DNA of 63,629 bases, counting the filler, from Octopus bimaculoides (lineage: Eukaryota): the NCBI RefSeq assembly GCF_001194135.2. It is 6 parts of 5 records of this genome, joined end to end, with 100 filler letters (N's around TTAATTAATTAA, not from the genome) between each part and the next. Parts side by side here need not be neighbours in the genome. Positions count along the whole stretch, not along the records: positions 1 to 21,108 come from NC_068983.1; positions 21,209 to 47,350 come from NC_068981.1; 4 more parts are not named here. One strand, 5' to 3'. Below the pieces are notes generated by a model that was given only the letters and a program-made list of their open reading frames with translations, searched no databases and was not told where the DNA came from. A program made the position numbers and the translations under genes. This document shows, piece by piece, positions 13,050-26,499 of this stretch. Numbering within the stretch: position 1 is the first letter of the stretch; each line of letters begins with the position of its first letter.

Positions 13050-13127
13050 GTAATTAATATTTTATATTGTCGTGTACTACAGTTCAGCAGAAATAGGAAG
13101 ACAGGTAAAACAGTTTCAGACGTTATT

Positions 13128-13300
13128 AAGAGCGGTGAGCAAGCAGAATATTTAGCACACCGGTTGAAACGTTTAGCGGTGTTTGGTCCGTCTCTACGCT
13201 GTGAGTTGCATTTACCCTGAGGTCGACATATCTTTAATCTCTTCGGAGTCGATAAAATAAGCACCAGTTAAGTACTGGTATTGATGTAATCGACTTACCT
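13128..13300 (+). mobile_element. tRNA-derived SINE, diverged
   Basis: gcggtgagc..gcagaat..ttagcac.ccgg..gaaa.g.ttagcgg..gaggtcgac..gtcgataaaataag.accagtt, matching 14897-15030. Confidence 0.75.
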
Positions 13301-13559
13301 CCTCCTTTTAAGTGGCTGGCCTAGAGCCTAAATTTGACCTGTTTTCCGATCGTTTTATTTCTGGTACAATATCATCTTTTCAATGACCGATTGTCTTCAT
13401 CATCATTATCATCATTATTATCATCAGCAGTACTATCCGCCAGAGGATGCCCACAGTTACACTCATCTATAATTGTAAGATTCCATTTATTCTGCCTCTT
13501 TTACCATCTCAATCTTTTTTTATCGATGACATTACGCTGCCACTAAATGTGTCTTGCAG

Positions 13560-14150
13560 AAAAATCATAACCATATTTTCTAAACATCTCAACAACAACA
13601 AGGCCGAAAGGAAGCAACTCAGAAATTTCCATAGAAATATCCGTTGCTCCTCTCCGCAGTGACATGAATGATATGGGCTCCTGAAGTACCTGGAATCTGC
13701 CACTATTCTCTATTTAAGAAATTATGCCTATTGTGAACCTGTTCTCCCGTTCGAAGTAAAAGTGCATGAGCGTCAAAAGTATCAGACTGCTAATAATCCT
13801 CCTAATATTTAATTCAACCTTGCCAAAGTTCCTCAATATTCTAATGGTGCATAATGCAGCCCTGAATATCGCACAAGCACTTGTAAGAACAATGCTGCTC
13901 CAGTTGCTTCTTACAAGTAGTCATTCGTTGAGAATAAAATTTAACAACTGTGACCATATCCTGCAGTTCAATTAAAACCACTTTGTTTCTAGAAACGAAG
14001 CGTTTTGGAACAAGAGAACTTCTCTTTAACAAAAGAATTTAGGAAAAAGCATTCTATTCGTAACACATTATAAACCTCGACTGTCACCGAAACACACAAC
14101 GTACTTGCAGAGTACAATACAACAAGCAATGCAAGCACTTCCTGCTAAAA
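13560..14150 (-). pseudogene. Decayed LINE RT 3' end (CR1/L2/Rex-Babar group)
   Basis: Broken-frame pieces VEVYNVL, TTCKK, AIFRAALC, RRIISSLI, RIVADS and FLSALLLL follow the order of the RT C-terminal motifs of this group. Confidence 0.4.
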
Positions 14151-14896
14151 TATCAAAGGCATCATCGTAGTTATTGATCCACAAAACTATTCACCATTGT
14201 TAAAAGAACCTTGTGGCTCTTTTGAATCGAATAAACATTGCGATGTTGGATGAGTTAGTTGAGACACAATGTTTTCAGTGCTTATATTATCACTGTGAAT
14301 ATACACTCTGAGGTAAGAATTTAGAGTTGTATCAATTTTTGTCATGACTAATTTAATGATTAAATTTACAGATACGTAGAAGCTGTACGAATGTGCAAAG
14401 TATACGATGTGCATTCGATATAGAGAATTTCCATGTACGCAGATAATTGGTAAATCAACCGCGATAAGATTTGGATTATGAAGTTAAAGGGAAATAGAAA
14501 TATGGATTTCTAAATTACTAACAAGGCACACAGCTTTTGAGAAAAAAGAGCAATTATACGAGAACTCTTGCAACTGATTCTTAACAACCATGAGTAATGA
14601 AAGGTAAGGATCGAAATCAGATCATAAAAATCTTATATAAGTACCATAAAATATTTAGAATACTCTTCCAGAGTTTTCTCTATGTTACACCTTTGGAGGT
14701 ATTAATTTTGAACGTAACGAAATAGTCAGCAAGTTAGATAGAGAAGAATTTTAAGCACGATGACCCCTAGCATACTACTAGGCTTTTTCGATTTACACTT
14801 CATGAACCTCCCTTCAAATGCATTTGATTGCTTCACTTTACTCTTTAAGATTCACGGAAGGTGCTTTTATCTATGTTGATACTGGTTTCAATTAAG

Positions 14897-15030
14897 GTGG
14901 CGAGCTGGCAAAATCATTAACGAGCCTGGTAAAATTCTTAGCGGCATTTTTTCCAACCTTATGTTCCGAGTTCAAATGCTGCCGGTGTTGACTTTACTTT
15001 TCATCCTTTTGGCATCAATAAAATAAGTAC
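14897..15030 (+). mobile_element. tRNA-derived SINE
   Basis: ggtggcgagctggcaaaatc A-box-like head and gagttcaaatgc B-box-like motif. Confidence 0.8.
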
Positions 15031-15089
15031 ATCTGAAAACTAATAAAACGGTAAAATTACCTACTCGAGTCATGCAGACTTATAAGGGC

Positions 15090-15300
15090 GGGTTTACCGG
15101 TTTCATGGCCTATAAATTCTCCACTTGAACGGGACGCCGGTCGGTCAAAAGATTGCTCATTGTTCCAGCTGAGTGTAATGGAACAACGTGAAATGAAGTG
15201 TTTTGCTCAAGAACACCGCGCGTCGCACGATCCAGGAATCGAAACCACAATCGTACAATTATGAATCCAATACCCTAACCGTTAGGCCACGCACCGCCAC
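15090..15300 (-). mobile_element. tRNA-derived SINE (separate family)
   Basis: Minus strand gtggcggtgcgtggcctaacggttaggg...gtggtttcgattcctgga...gtgttcttgagcaaaacacttcatttcac. Confidence 0.8.
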
Positions 15301-16242
15301 ACAGTTGAACACTGAGGTCGATGAAATCAACTTATTCCATTCCCCGGACTTGCTGGCCTTGTTCTGACCGGAAACTAAAAAGTGGTGATAATTTCAGTTC
15401 GTTGCTTTAACTACTATTATTCTTTCGATGACTTCCCTATACCCATGAAACAATTTTGATCCAACCATAATGTACCAAGTTTTTTTTTTTTTATCTCATT
15501 GGCTTGTGAGTTAAAAAAAGGCCCAAAGTCCAGACTGCAATGAAATCCACTTTCATATGATATTCATGTTAGCCAGGTCGTCTTGAAACCAATGTTTTGG
15601 ACACGCACTGAACCTCTCTCTATTTAACTCGATTTTGAATTTCACCATCTATAAGTGCAGCAACACAAAATGAAAAATGCTTCTAGTGTCAGCCCGGACT
15701 GACTAACAATTTACGTATAGTGTATTGACTCTCGCTGATGCAGTCAAAAACTTGTTTCCATGCAATCTACTGATTATATATAAAAGTTACTGACTACATA
15801 AATTTACACTTAAATAAAATGCGGCTCTTTTTTCAAGTCAAATTTTGTATTCATTTATTCGTACATCATACCACACTATAGCACACTGACTCTATACAGC
15901 GATTGGTGATTGTATTGGACATCAATGATCGAGAACATATTATTATGTCGTACTTGCAGTTTCGATCTAACATATCACACTATAATTTCGTTTCTTTTTA
16001 CTTCAAGTAGGTTCATTTCATGACAGAGTTTAAACTAATTTATTGTTACTTTTTTTTTTATCTCACTGGCTTACCGGAATCAATAACGGAATCATGAAAT
16101 TCACATTCTGTATTGGTTGAAATCCTGTAGTATTTTGCAGTAGTACTTAACATCTAAAATAAAAGAAAACAATATACGTAACGTACTGTCCCGTGATGGT
16201 AGAATCAACAGAATAATATTTTACCCGGTGATACACACACAT

Positions 16243-16320
<78 letters not shown>

Positions 16321-17202
16321 AATAGGAACTGCAGTTTGCAATGTTTCACCAACGAGGAGAATTACAAATGTCACTAAATGCGACTAGGGTGTTAGACAAT
16401 GCCTACATTGCTAGAAATAAAAGCTAAAACGCTCTAATGCTGTAGTTAAATGCACATAAATGAAAACATACACTAACAGGCACTATAAACGCCCGGAAAG
16501 TGCCGACCGAGAATTCGTAATACTGATGCGTCATTTTCAGCAATTTTCGTTGCCTCATTAGTTAAAGTTGCTCGGCTTCTGCTCTTTCCGGACTCGCTTC
16601 GCCATTAGTATTTATGTTTTCGTCATCCAAATAAGTAGCGATTCGCTAATGAGCATACATAAAATTAAAATGAAAAGCAGTTTGCAATATTTCACCGAAA
16701 AGGAGAATTACATAAAGTTAATATGAACAGCAGTTTAAGTATTTCAAATGGTCTGTTCCTTTTTCTTTATCATTATCTATAACGAACATGTAGATAGGGG
16801 CTCTTACATAATGGACTCAGTTATCACATTCAATAGGTTTCTTAAGATGCAATGTCGGATCTATTTGAGATTTAATGTCGGATCCATTCTTCAGATGTAA
16901 TTTTGTCGGATCTATTTGAGAATTTCTTATAACGCATCTGATCTTGTATTATACATATTTCATATCTATGGTGCTATAACCTGCTTTACATCTTCATTCT
17001 GTTCACTCTTTTCAATGATAAAATGTTTTAAAATTTACATTTTGTTCATGCTGACTACTTATTAATGTTTCGAAGTAAATATTTTGTTGTGAAAAGAACT
17101 CCAACTCTCGTCGGTAAAATATGTGCCATATATGTTTCTGGACAAATTCCAGCAAATGTGTATGGTCTTGAGTATTGTCAATATAACATATCGTTCTATG
17201 TA

Positions 17203-17860
17203 CAGACTGTCCACATTTAACGACCGAGTTACATCCCAACAGCCCCGTCGTTAAACACATTCGTCGTTAAACAAATATTCATAGGTATAGTGTACTGTAC
17301 GTACATATAAAAACAGAATACCATACTGTCTAAAGTATATGCAGTACAGGGCCAAGAATCACTAGCATAAATTGTTGAAAGATGAATAAGTAACAGTAAG
17401 ATTATCACAAGGAAAACTTTGAAAGCTAGGATATGGATACTGTATTATTGTAGCTCAGACATCGTAAGTATGTTTGTGATTCCAGGCCCAGCACATAAGA
17501 TGCCTAATAAACATTTCTCAGGTTTATATAGAAAAGGTGAAAAAGGTTTAAAGGAAACTCGGACATAATAACTTTGTTTTACTTTGGATAAAGATTACAA
17601 AAGCAACTCATTCTTGACATCAAAATGCATGAAAAATCTCGTCAGTGTTGTTTGCTTTGTTATCTTCTTTTTATCGTCATAAAGTTCTTGATACCATCGG
17701 AAAAGTTCAGTTGTCTTCCTTTCCACCTTGGAAAATCGCTCAAAAATTTGGATCCATCGAATCAAGTTCTATTTTGTAAAATATGTAATGACGGCTCGTA
17801 AAGTTCGTCGTAACTCCGAGTGGTCGTTAAATAGCTAGCTCGTTAAATGAGGACAGTCTG
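17203..17860 (-). mobile_element. Tigger/pogo internal-deletion derivative with both TIRs
   Basis: 21-bp TIRs CAGACTGTCC(A/T)CATTTAACGA (20/21 match) flanked by TA at 17201-17202 and 17861-17862. About 17615-17760 encodes MDPNF/ERFSKVERKTTELFRWYQELYDDKKKITKQTTLTRFF (one frameshift), a Tigger transposase C-terminus. Confidence 0.92.
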
Positions 17861-18805
17861 TATACGTTGAAGTTTTATTTGTAGAACTGGACTGAATCAT
17901 CCAAAATTCCTTCGCCGTACGTTTAATTAAACAATCTATTTCGAGTATTACTTTCTAAGTATTACAAAAACTAACTTTAAGTGGTTAATGATATTTTGAC
18001 ATTGAGAGCGTACGATGCATATTTTAAGAGCATATGTTTAGACTTAAGATGATTTCTTTGAATGTACCATTAATTTTGAAAGGGTTCCATGCAATGGCTT
18101 TACTGAAGCTGGAAAATTCTTGTAGAACATAAAAACAGATCAGATCATTTGTTGTTTTGAATAATGCCTTATGCATAATTCTTCGTATTTTAAACGATGA
18201 TATACATAGATTAACATTATCAAAGCGTAAGAGGAAAAACAATTTTAATTTTTAATATCCTATAGTGATTTATTTTTGTTAAAACGTTATTTTAGCATTG
18301 AGCTTTCTTTTCGTGACATATTTTGTCATTGATATCTTACAATGCCATGAAAATATTCTCAAGTATTAAAGTAGTATTAAAGTTTTCTCATTCAAACAAG
18401 TAACCTACCATAAAGCAACGGAAGAGATACGTTATATCTCTTAATTCCTTGATTAATAGTTGAAATGTCAAATACAACATTGACCAGCATTGTTTCATCT
18501 TGTGGTGAATTGATTTTGTACATATTGACAAATATAGGATACCTAGAAATTTTCGTCCTATTTGGCTTAAGGTTTGGGAAATACAATATAAAAACTAATA
18601 ATTCGCTCGTGATTACAGACACAATTAGACAGACACCAAACTATTTCAGTTTCAATAACTTCGTATTGATTTTCACCCAAATTGCTAACCCATCATTGGT
18701 CACAGTTTATTATATATCAATAGGACCTCGACTGAAAATGAATATTTTATGTTAACATTATTAAGTTCGTCCATCTTGAATCTGAAGATGACAAGGTAAT
18801 CAGAT

Positions 18806-19760
18806 TTAGACACTGTGAGTTCTTAGGTAGTTTATTAGACCAATTTTGGCCAAACTCCGCAGTTACAATTGGGGTTCATAAAAGTAGAATCAGGACACCA
18901 TGGAAATCTTCCTCCCCGTGTTCCTCTTTAGTCTCTCCCCATGCCCCTCTGGTCATATCAGATTCAGATTGCTGTATTCCAGTGTACACAATATTTCACC
19001 AGCGTGAGACATCTTTAGTGAGATGTTTCCAAGTCGACTGCTTTAAGTTACAGCTGTCTTGATCATGTCTTTGGATTTCTTCTTTGGTCCACCAGGTTTC
19101 CTAGAGCTAGCAACTAGTTCACCAAAGAAATTTTTGTGGGAATCTAAATTCGGGAACGCGTGTTTCATATCTACCCCACTTCATGGAATTTGCTTAGGAA
19201 AGTATATATGCTTGAGCACAGATATATTAGGAATTTTACACTGCTACCGGTCGTCACGAATTTTTCGCGGATATTTTCGGTGAAATTAATTTTTTGCTAT
19301 GTTTTTAACAAAGCACCCAGGTCTCTCTCCCGTTATGTGAATGTAGTTTAGCCTCCATAACAGCTTTGTATTCGTCATCATCACTTTCATAGTCAGACCA
19401 GGTCTTTTCAAAACCTTGTAATGAAAATGCCGAAAGCAGAGCTGGTTTTGTTACCCTTGCATTTACTTCATAATCAATGTGAATACTCCTTGTGACAGTG
19501 TTCATCCAAGGTAAGGGAATCTCTTTGTAACTTAGAGTAGTTGATAGTTGACTGCCAGAAGAGGTTCAATATAAGATTTTCCGGGAGCTTTTGTTTCATC
19601 TTTGTACGGCCAACGTTATCACAAGATGTAGGTAAGTTGTGTAAGCTCTATTGAAGATCTGCTTCCGAGTTTGCGTCCAGAGTACGATCATTCCCCCAAA
19701 ACAGTTCCTTTGTTGTGGTTTAACTTTTTGCTTTGAGACGGTGGATGTTATACTGATAAC
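18806..19760 (-). mobile_element. RTE (BovB-like) LINE 3' relic
   Basis: Ordered motifs across frameshifts: ADSEADLQ, APGKSYIEP, IHIDYEVNARVTK, YKAVM..GRETWVL, FHRKYPRKI, FGELVASSRKPGGPKKKSKDMIK, STWKHL, AKIGLINYLRTH-SV*. Confidence 0.88.
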
Positions 19761-20729
19761 TATCATATCTGTATCTGTTCCTGATTCCAGGTGTTACATA
19801 CACACCGATTATTGAACGAAATTCAACCAAGTACTAATAAAGTAGTAATATATCTTTGCATCATAAGAGGAAGTTATTCGTAAACTAGAAAGCTTCTTTC
19901 AGATAACTAAACACAATACGGTGGTTTTGGTGAGAGTTATGCATCTATCGTAGCATTGAAGAAGAGTTAAGCTCGTGCAGTTTCCGACAACTAAATTTCT
20001 CACAAACACAAACATAACCACACAGAAACACATAGACACACATAGAGACATGTACATATAAGATGTATACATATATACACAATATACTGACATCAAACGT
20101 TGGTATTTCATCAGCAACATATTACTTTCTTAAACAATCATCAGTACACTATTTTAATAAAATCCATTTCTGTAAATGCACAAACAGAATACTCAGTGCA
20201 GCGATAGTGGGAAGTAAGTATCTATTAATTCTACTTACCGAAGATTTGTTTTTTAATTAAAATGTATTCGGTTAAATAGACATCATTTTCAAATTACTCT
20301 TTGAATATTATCTTCCATATTGAGGATGAAATTGTTATCCAATAATTTCAGAGGAAGTGTGGTGCTTAATGCACAGTACTACAGATTATTTATTAATCAT
20401 GCTGCTCTTAGTTTAGATGTATAGGCGATATATACACATTTACATACATATATAAATATATATATATNNNNNNNNNNATATATATGTATATATATGTATC
20501 TCTCTATATATAAATGTGTATAAAATATATGGACATATAAGCATATGTATATATGTACAGATGAATATACACATGTATATATATGTGTAAATATATATAT
20601 ATATACATATACATCTATATATATATTATATATATATATACAAACATACATATATATGCGTGTATATATATATATGGTATATATAAACGTATATCTATAT
20701 ATAGAGAGAGTGGTGAAGTGAAAGTGGGA

Positions 20730-20811
<82 letters not shown>

Positions 20812-21050
20812 GAGAGAGAAAGAGAGAGAGAAATTACATAAAAAAATGGTATTAAATCTGTGCTCATTTATTAACCCTATAATCCCTGATATTCTCTCAT
20901 TGCTGTAATTATTTGAAAAGGAGAAGAAACAGAGGCATCCTGTAATACACTACTCGCAGAAATAATATCTTAGTAAGCTGAGCCGTTCAGTTTTTGTAGC
21001 AGCGAAGTATGCTGAATTAATAGAAAAAAAGAAACAGAAAAATGCATATG

Positions 21051-21108
<58 letters not shown>

Positions 21109-21454
21109 NNNNNNNNNNNNNNNNNNNNNNNNNNNNNNNNNNNNNNNNNNNNTTAATTAATTAANNNNNNNNNNNNNNNNNNNNNNNNNNNNNNNNNNNN
21201 NNNNNNNNGTGTCCAATGAAGGAGACGACGTTGGCATGGGTGCCAGTTGTCGAATTTAGTTCGATTTCAATTTCACTTGCCTCAACAGGTCTTCGCAAGC
21301 GGAGTTTAGTGTCCAATGAAGGAAAGGTACTCATAAGTGGGCTGGCTACACCCCTAGCAGAAGCCTTGGATTTAGGTCTCACTTGGCTTGCCGGGTCTTC
21401 TCACACACAGCATATATATATATATATATATTTTTGTATGTATGTATTTATGTG

Positions 21455-22371
21455 TCTGTGTTTGTCTCCTTACCATCGCTTGACAACATGTTGGTGTGTT
21501 TATGTCCCTGTAAATAGGCTTACAAAAAATAAGTCCTGGGGTCAATTTGTTCAACTAAAGGTGGTGCTCCAGCATGGNNNNNNNNNNNNNNNNNNNNNNN
21601 NNNNNNNNNNNNNNNNNNNNNNNNNNNNNNNNNNNNNNNNNNNNNNNNNNNNNNNNNNNNNNNNNNNNNNNNNNNNNNNNNNNNNNNNNNNNNNNNNNNN
21701 NNNNNNNNNNNNNNNNNNNNNNNNNNNNNNNNNNNNNNNNNNNNNNNNNNNNNNNNNNNNNNNNNNNNNNNNNNNNNNNNNNNNNNNNNNNNNNNNNNNN
21801 NNNNNNNNNNNNNNNNNNNNNNNNNNNNNNNNNNNNNNNNNNNNNNNNNNNNNNNNNNNNNNNNNNNNNNNNNNNNNNNNNNNNNNNNNNNNNNNNNNNN
21901 NNNNNNNNNNNNNNNNNNNNNNNNNNNNNNNNNNNNNNNNNNNNNNNNNNNNNNNNNNNNNNNNNNNNNNNNNNNNNNNNNNNNNNNNNNNNNNNNNNNN
22001 NNNNNNNNNNNNNNNNNNNNNNNNNNNNNNNNNNNNNNNNNNNNNNNNNNNNNNNNNNNNNNNNNNNNNNNNNNNNNNNNNNNNNNNNNNNNNNNNNNNN
22101 NNNNNNNNNNNNNNNNNNNNNNNNNNNNNNNNNNNNNNNNNNNNNNNNNNNNNNNNNNNNNNNNNNNNNNNNNNNNNNNNNNNNNNNNNNNNNNNNNNNN
22201 NNNNNNNNNNNNNNNNNNNNNNNNNNNNNNNNNNNNNNNNNNNNNNNNNNNNNNNNNNNNNNNNNNNNNNNNNNNNNNNNNNNNNNNNNNNNNNNNNNNN
22301 NNNNNNNNNNNNNNNNNNNNNNNNNGTTCCAGCATGGCCGCAGTCAAATGACTGAAACAAGTAAAAGAGTA
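21455..22371 (+). mobile_element. 3' portion(s) of the abundant bipartite SINE, spanning a gap
   Basis: catcgcttgacaac...aataagtcctgggg...ggtggtgctccagcatgg before the gap; ccagcatggccgcagtcaaatgactgaaacaagtaaaagagta after it. Confidence 0.8.
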
Positions 22372-22436
22372 AATGCTTATGTTGTTTTAAACATTTCATT
22401 AAAATAAAGTATAAGACAATGAGAGAACCTCTACAT

Positions 22437-22675
22437 CAGTGAATCTCAATCATTTTTTGCCTGTGGACCCCCTTTTGATTCCTGTTTTACCTGAGTGGAC
22501 CCTCATAGCTATTTGATGATTAAAAAATCCTGTTTTTATAATTAAATATTATTAGGAATTGTATTTAAAAAATTGGTAAAATATTTTGTGTATTGTAAAA
22601 GTATATGCTTATAAACTTTAACAAAATCTTGTAAGGGCCTTCATTGATTGTGTGGACCCCGGTTGAGAACCACTA
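22437..22675. mobile_element. hAT (Charlie/MER5-type) MITE
   Basis: Ends cagtgaatctcaatc and ggttgagaaccacta fit a CAGTGGTTCTCAACC-type TIR. Flanks ctctacat and cccgacat match at 6/8, consistent with a decayed 8-bp TSD. Confidence 0.75.
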
Positions 22676-24078
22676 CCCGACATAATCACTCAATCCCTTA
22701 TTTCTAGCAGCTAAATCTCCCTCAAATCTCACATCTTTACAGATTTTTTTTTTAAATCTGAAATGTAAGTTCATATTAGACAATGTAATCAAAGAAACTC
22801 TATAGGGTAGGGTGATTGGACGTTGTGGCTTGAATATCTGATGTGTTAGACCATATGTCTGCTGTATCAGAGCTAGGTCTAAACAACAAAAGAACGTTCT
22901 TTAATACTGATATTTACTTGAAAATTCAACATTTTTCATAAAACTGCAAAATCCACTAAGATCAAAATCCTTCTTCTATAATTAATTAATAAATAATTTT
23001 GTTTTTCTTTTTTTTGTTTATATAGCAAGAGTCATGTTGTTAGCATTGTTTTCAGTTAAATAAGTTATCAGAAAAAGAAAATTTGTGAGGTCATGGGGAA
23101 AACTGAAATTTCACTTGTATATCTGCCAAATTATTTCATAGATTTTTTTGGACCAAATACACGTTCTTTGATACATAATATTATGTGCTGTTAATGATTA
23201 GCAATAATCGAAGATGTTAGGCTAGAAGAAATCTGGAATTACATACTTATGTCTCACATAAAATGGTTATGACAAAATAGAAAGATGTGAATCAGACTTT
23301 CTATAAAGACAATGATAAAAGCTTTGAGAGACAAGAAATGAATATAATCATGGAAATCAAGTTGATTCATTCAACAAAGATATGAACATTTCATGTAAAC
23401 TTTTGTGTGATAGACAATAAATGAGTGGTTGAAAATAAAAGAGAGATGCATTTTGCTAATGTTTATGCATTTCTCAGATGAGTATATACTTCAAATTTTG
23501 TTTTACAATTTGTTTTTTTATCTATTTTTTCATTGTTTTGTATGTGTAACAAAAATTGACAAAATGATGTGGGAGAGGAAGGGGATCCAGCTATAGGAAC
23601 TATTTCTTCAACCGTATTAATGTAAACATTCAAATTTGCAAAAACACAGTCTCACTCATAAATGAATGGATGTAAAATAAAAAATGGAGATATTGAAAAT
23701 TAACTGCTCTTAGATGATATAAAGAAAGCTTGCCTCGTTATAGTAATCTCCACTTCACTCTTATCCTCTTTTTGTAATCAGTATTGTATAATTTTATGAC
23801 TGATAATGTGTCAGTTCTTGGGTTAAAGGTTTTCTTGATTTATACTACCCTTTACCCCAAAGAAATCCAGAAATGTTGTAGATGATGATAATTAACATAC
23901 TTGTGATAGTGGTGAATAACAGGTATTTTGTTAACTTGGAAACACATGTTAGACATGTTTGTATTATCTTCATTAAGACTATTTATTTTAGATTAATGAA
24001 GTAATAAAACAAAAGTAAATAATTTTCATTGGGCTATAAATTGTATGTATATTGTGTGTATATGTTTGTTTGTATGCA

Positions 24079-24150
<72 letters not shown>

Positions 24151-24429
24151 CAATCAAGAAGGAAGTAAATTCAGTTATATAGCCAAACAAAACCTTACGC
24201 TTTGTGTTCCATGGAAGATAAGCTGCATAAACATCACCGGGAAAGTGTTTTTTCTTATACTTTTTCTTTTGGTAGGCCTGTAACTATGAAATAATTAAGA
24301 TAGCAGAAGTATTTAACATATGTAATACTGTTAAAATCATTTACACCACTCCCAGCTGTTTGCTTTTCCAGGTGACACATTAGTTATTACTCATTTAGTC
24401 TTTTTTGGAAAAAAGTTCTTTTCTTGCAG

Positions 24430-24785
24430 TCATGGCTGCCTGGTTAAGTAGCTTGCTTTGCAACCCACATGGTTTCAGGTTCAGTCCCACTGCACAGCAC
24501 CTTGGGCAAATGTCTTCTGCTCTAACCCCAGGCCAATCAATGCCATGGGAGGGGAAATTGATAGAGAGAAACTGTGTGAAAGCCCATTGTATATGTATAT
24601 ATGTGTGCAGGTCTGTGTTTGTCCCCACCCACCATCACTTGACAAACAGTGTTGGTTTATTTATATCCCTATAATTTAGTAATTCCACAAAAAAGACAAA
24701 TAAAATGGAGAATTTGTTTGACTAAACCCTTTAAGGTGGTGTCCCAGCATAGCCACATTCGAATAACTGAAACAATTAATAGAGG
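24430..24785 (+). mobile_element. Old CpG-decayed copy of the bipartite SINE
   Basis: Aligns to the head at 37950 with ccgg to tcag, tgcgtgg to tgcacag and tcgggccgacc to ccaggccaatc; the microsatellite and tail follow. Confidence 0.8.
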
Positions 24786-25849
24786 AAAGAATAAGAAAAG
24801 ATACAAATTTACAAATCCTGAATTTGCAAAGATTTTATTGATATCTTTGTTTTTTTTTACAATTCAAAACCATTCTTCAACACCTTCTTTGAGAACAAAT
24901 CTTCTGCTGCTATTATTTTTCATTTGAAAAATTGTTTTTAGCATTTCTAAAATCATTATTTTTGAGATGGCTTTTTTTTTTTTTTGAAATTTTGAATAAA
25001 TGTTAGTTGCCCCTTCCCCTTTTTTGTTTTGAGTGTTAGAATTTGAAACGTTTATTTTCATCGGGATTTTATTTCCCTTTTTCATTATTTCTTGGATAAC
25101 ATTCAAGTCTTGTTTAGTATGTATGTGTATTTATTACTCCACATGGTTTTGTCAATGCTGGAAAAGATTCGTTTTTGAGTGTTTGTGGTCAAAGGTGAAA
25201 TGGATAGAACAATTTTGAAGAAGTTTGAGTTTTATCTAGCAACAATCTGGTTGTATGTTGTCAGAATAGAACATTAAAATAATGTTAGGAGAGAGATTCC
25301 TGATAAGTTTAATGTATTGGACAGGAAGTGGTAAAGTTGGAAATAATCTCAGCTCAATCATGCTATAATTTATAGCATGATTAAGTATTGGGTTGCATTA
25401 AGTTTTATTAAGAAGATGGTATGTATATGTGATAAAAAGGGAACGAGAATGATGAAATGTCATAAACTGATTAATAGTATCCAAAGTAACAGAAAAATTG
25501 AGACGGTTTAGATTGAATTTGCAACATTAATGTTCATTGAAAGAGTAGCCTCCATTTCAAATGTTGTAGTGATTGGTTTTTTTTAATATATATTTCATTT
25601 TTATTTTTATTTATTTTTTTTCCTTTTTTGAATTTGTAATAATTGTTCCGAATATAGATGTATAAGGCCTGAAATTTTAGTGGGAGGAGTTAGTCAATTT
25701 CTTTGACCCCAGAATTTGACTGGTAGTTCATTTCATCAACCCTGGAGGGATGAAAGGTAAAGTTGACTCCAGCAGGATTTGAACTCACACTGTAAATAGC
25801 CAATATATATATATATATATACTCTACATCCTTCTCCAGCTGAGCATTT

Positions 25850-26118
25850 CTAATCTTGCAGGTTTGTGGGTGCTGGTGCCACATAAAAAGCACCTGTACT
25901 GATGCCATGTTAAAGTACCTGTACCAGTGTTGCATAAAAGCACCCAGTACACCCTGTAAAGTGGTTGGCGTTAGGAAGGGCATCCAGTCATTGAAACCAA
26001 GTCAAAACAGACATGGAGCCTGGACAGCTCTTCAGATGGCCAGTTCTTGTCAAACTGTCCTACCCATGCCAGCATGGAAAATGGATGTTAAATGATGATG
26101 ATGATGATGATGATGATC
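25850..26118 (+). mobile_element. SINE-like repeat ending in (GAT)n
   Basis: ggcgttaggaagggcatccag...cccatgccagcatggaaaatggatgttaaatgatgatgat; related sequence on the minus strand near 29250-29450. Confidence 0.7.
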
Positions 26119-26499
26119 ACAAGACATTTTTTAACAATTCTGTTAACCTTGTTATAACTGTGTCTAATTTAGGCACAAGGACAGCAATTTTAGTGGGAGA
26201 AGCTAGATGATTATATTAACTTATGCTTGTCTGTTACTTAGAAAGACAAAGTTGGCCCATGTAGAATTTGAATACAACATGTAAAGAGCTTGAAGAAATA
26301 TTACAAAGCACTTTTTTTTGACATGCTAATAACTCTGCCAACCTTGTAATAATTAAAACAAAATATCTGCAAAATCTAACATAAGCAACAAGTATAATTT
26401 GCTGTCTGTATAACAAAACAGCATAAAAAGCCTAAACAAACAAGTCATACGTAATTAAAAATATTAATAGTGAAAAATCAAAGACAACTTAATTAATAT

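Noticed and set aside
19540-19630. F-box-like LPEEVQYKIFRELL and strong plus-strand donors at 19510 and 19630
   Set aside because: Antisense of the RTE relic, and preceded by an in-frame stop.
21153-21164. TTAATTAATTAA inside N-runs (also 47395-47406, 50531-50542, 56402-56413, 62433-62444)
   Set aside because: Identical 12-mer embedded in gaps with stops in all six frames; a scaffolding linker, not biology or a piggyBac site.
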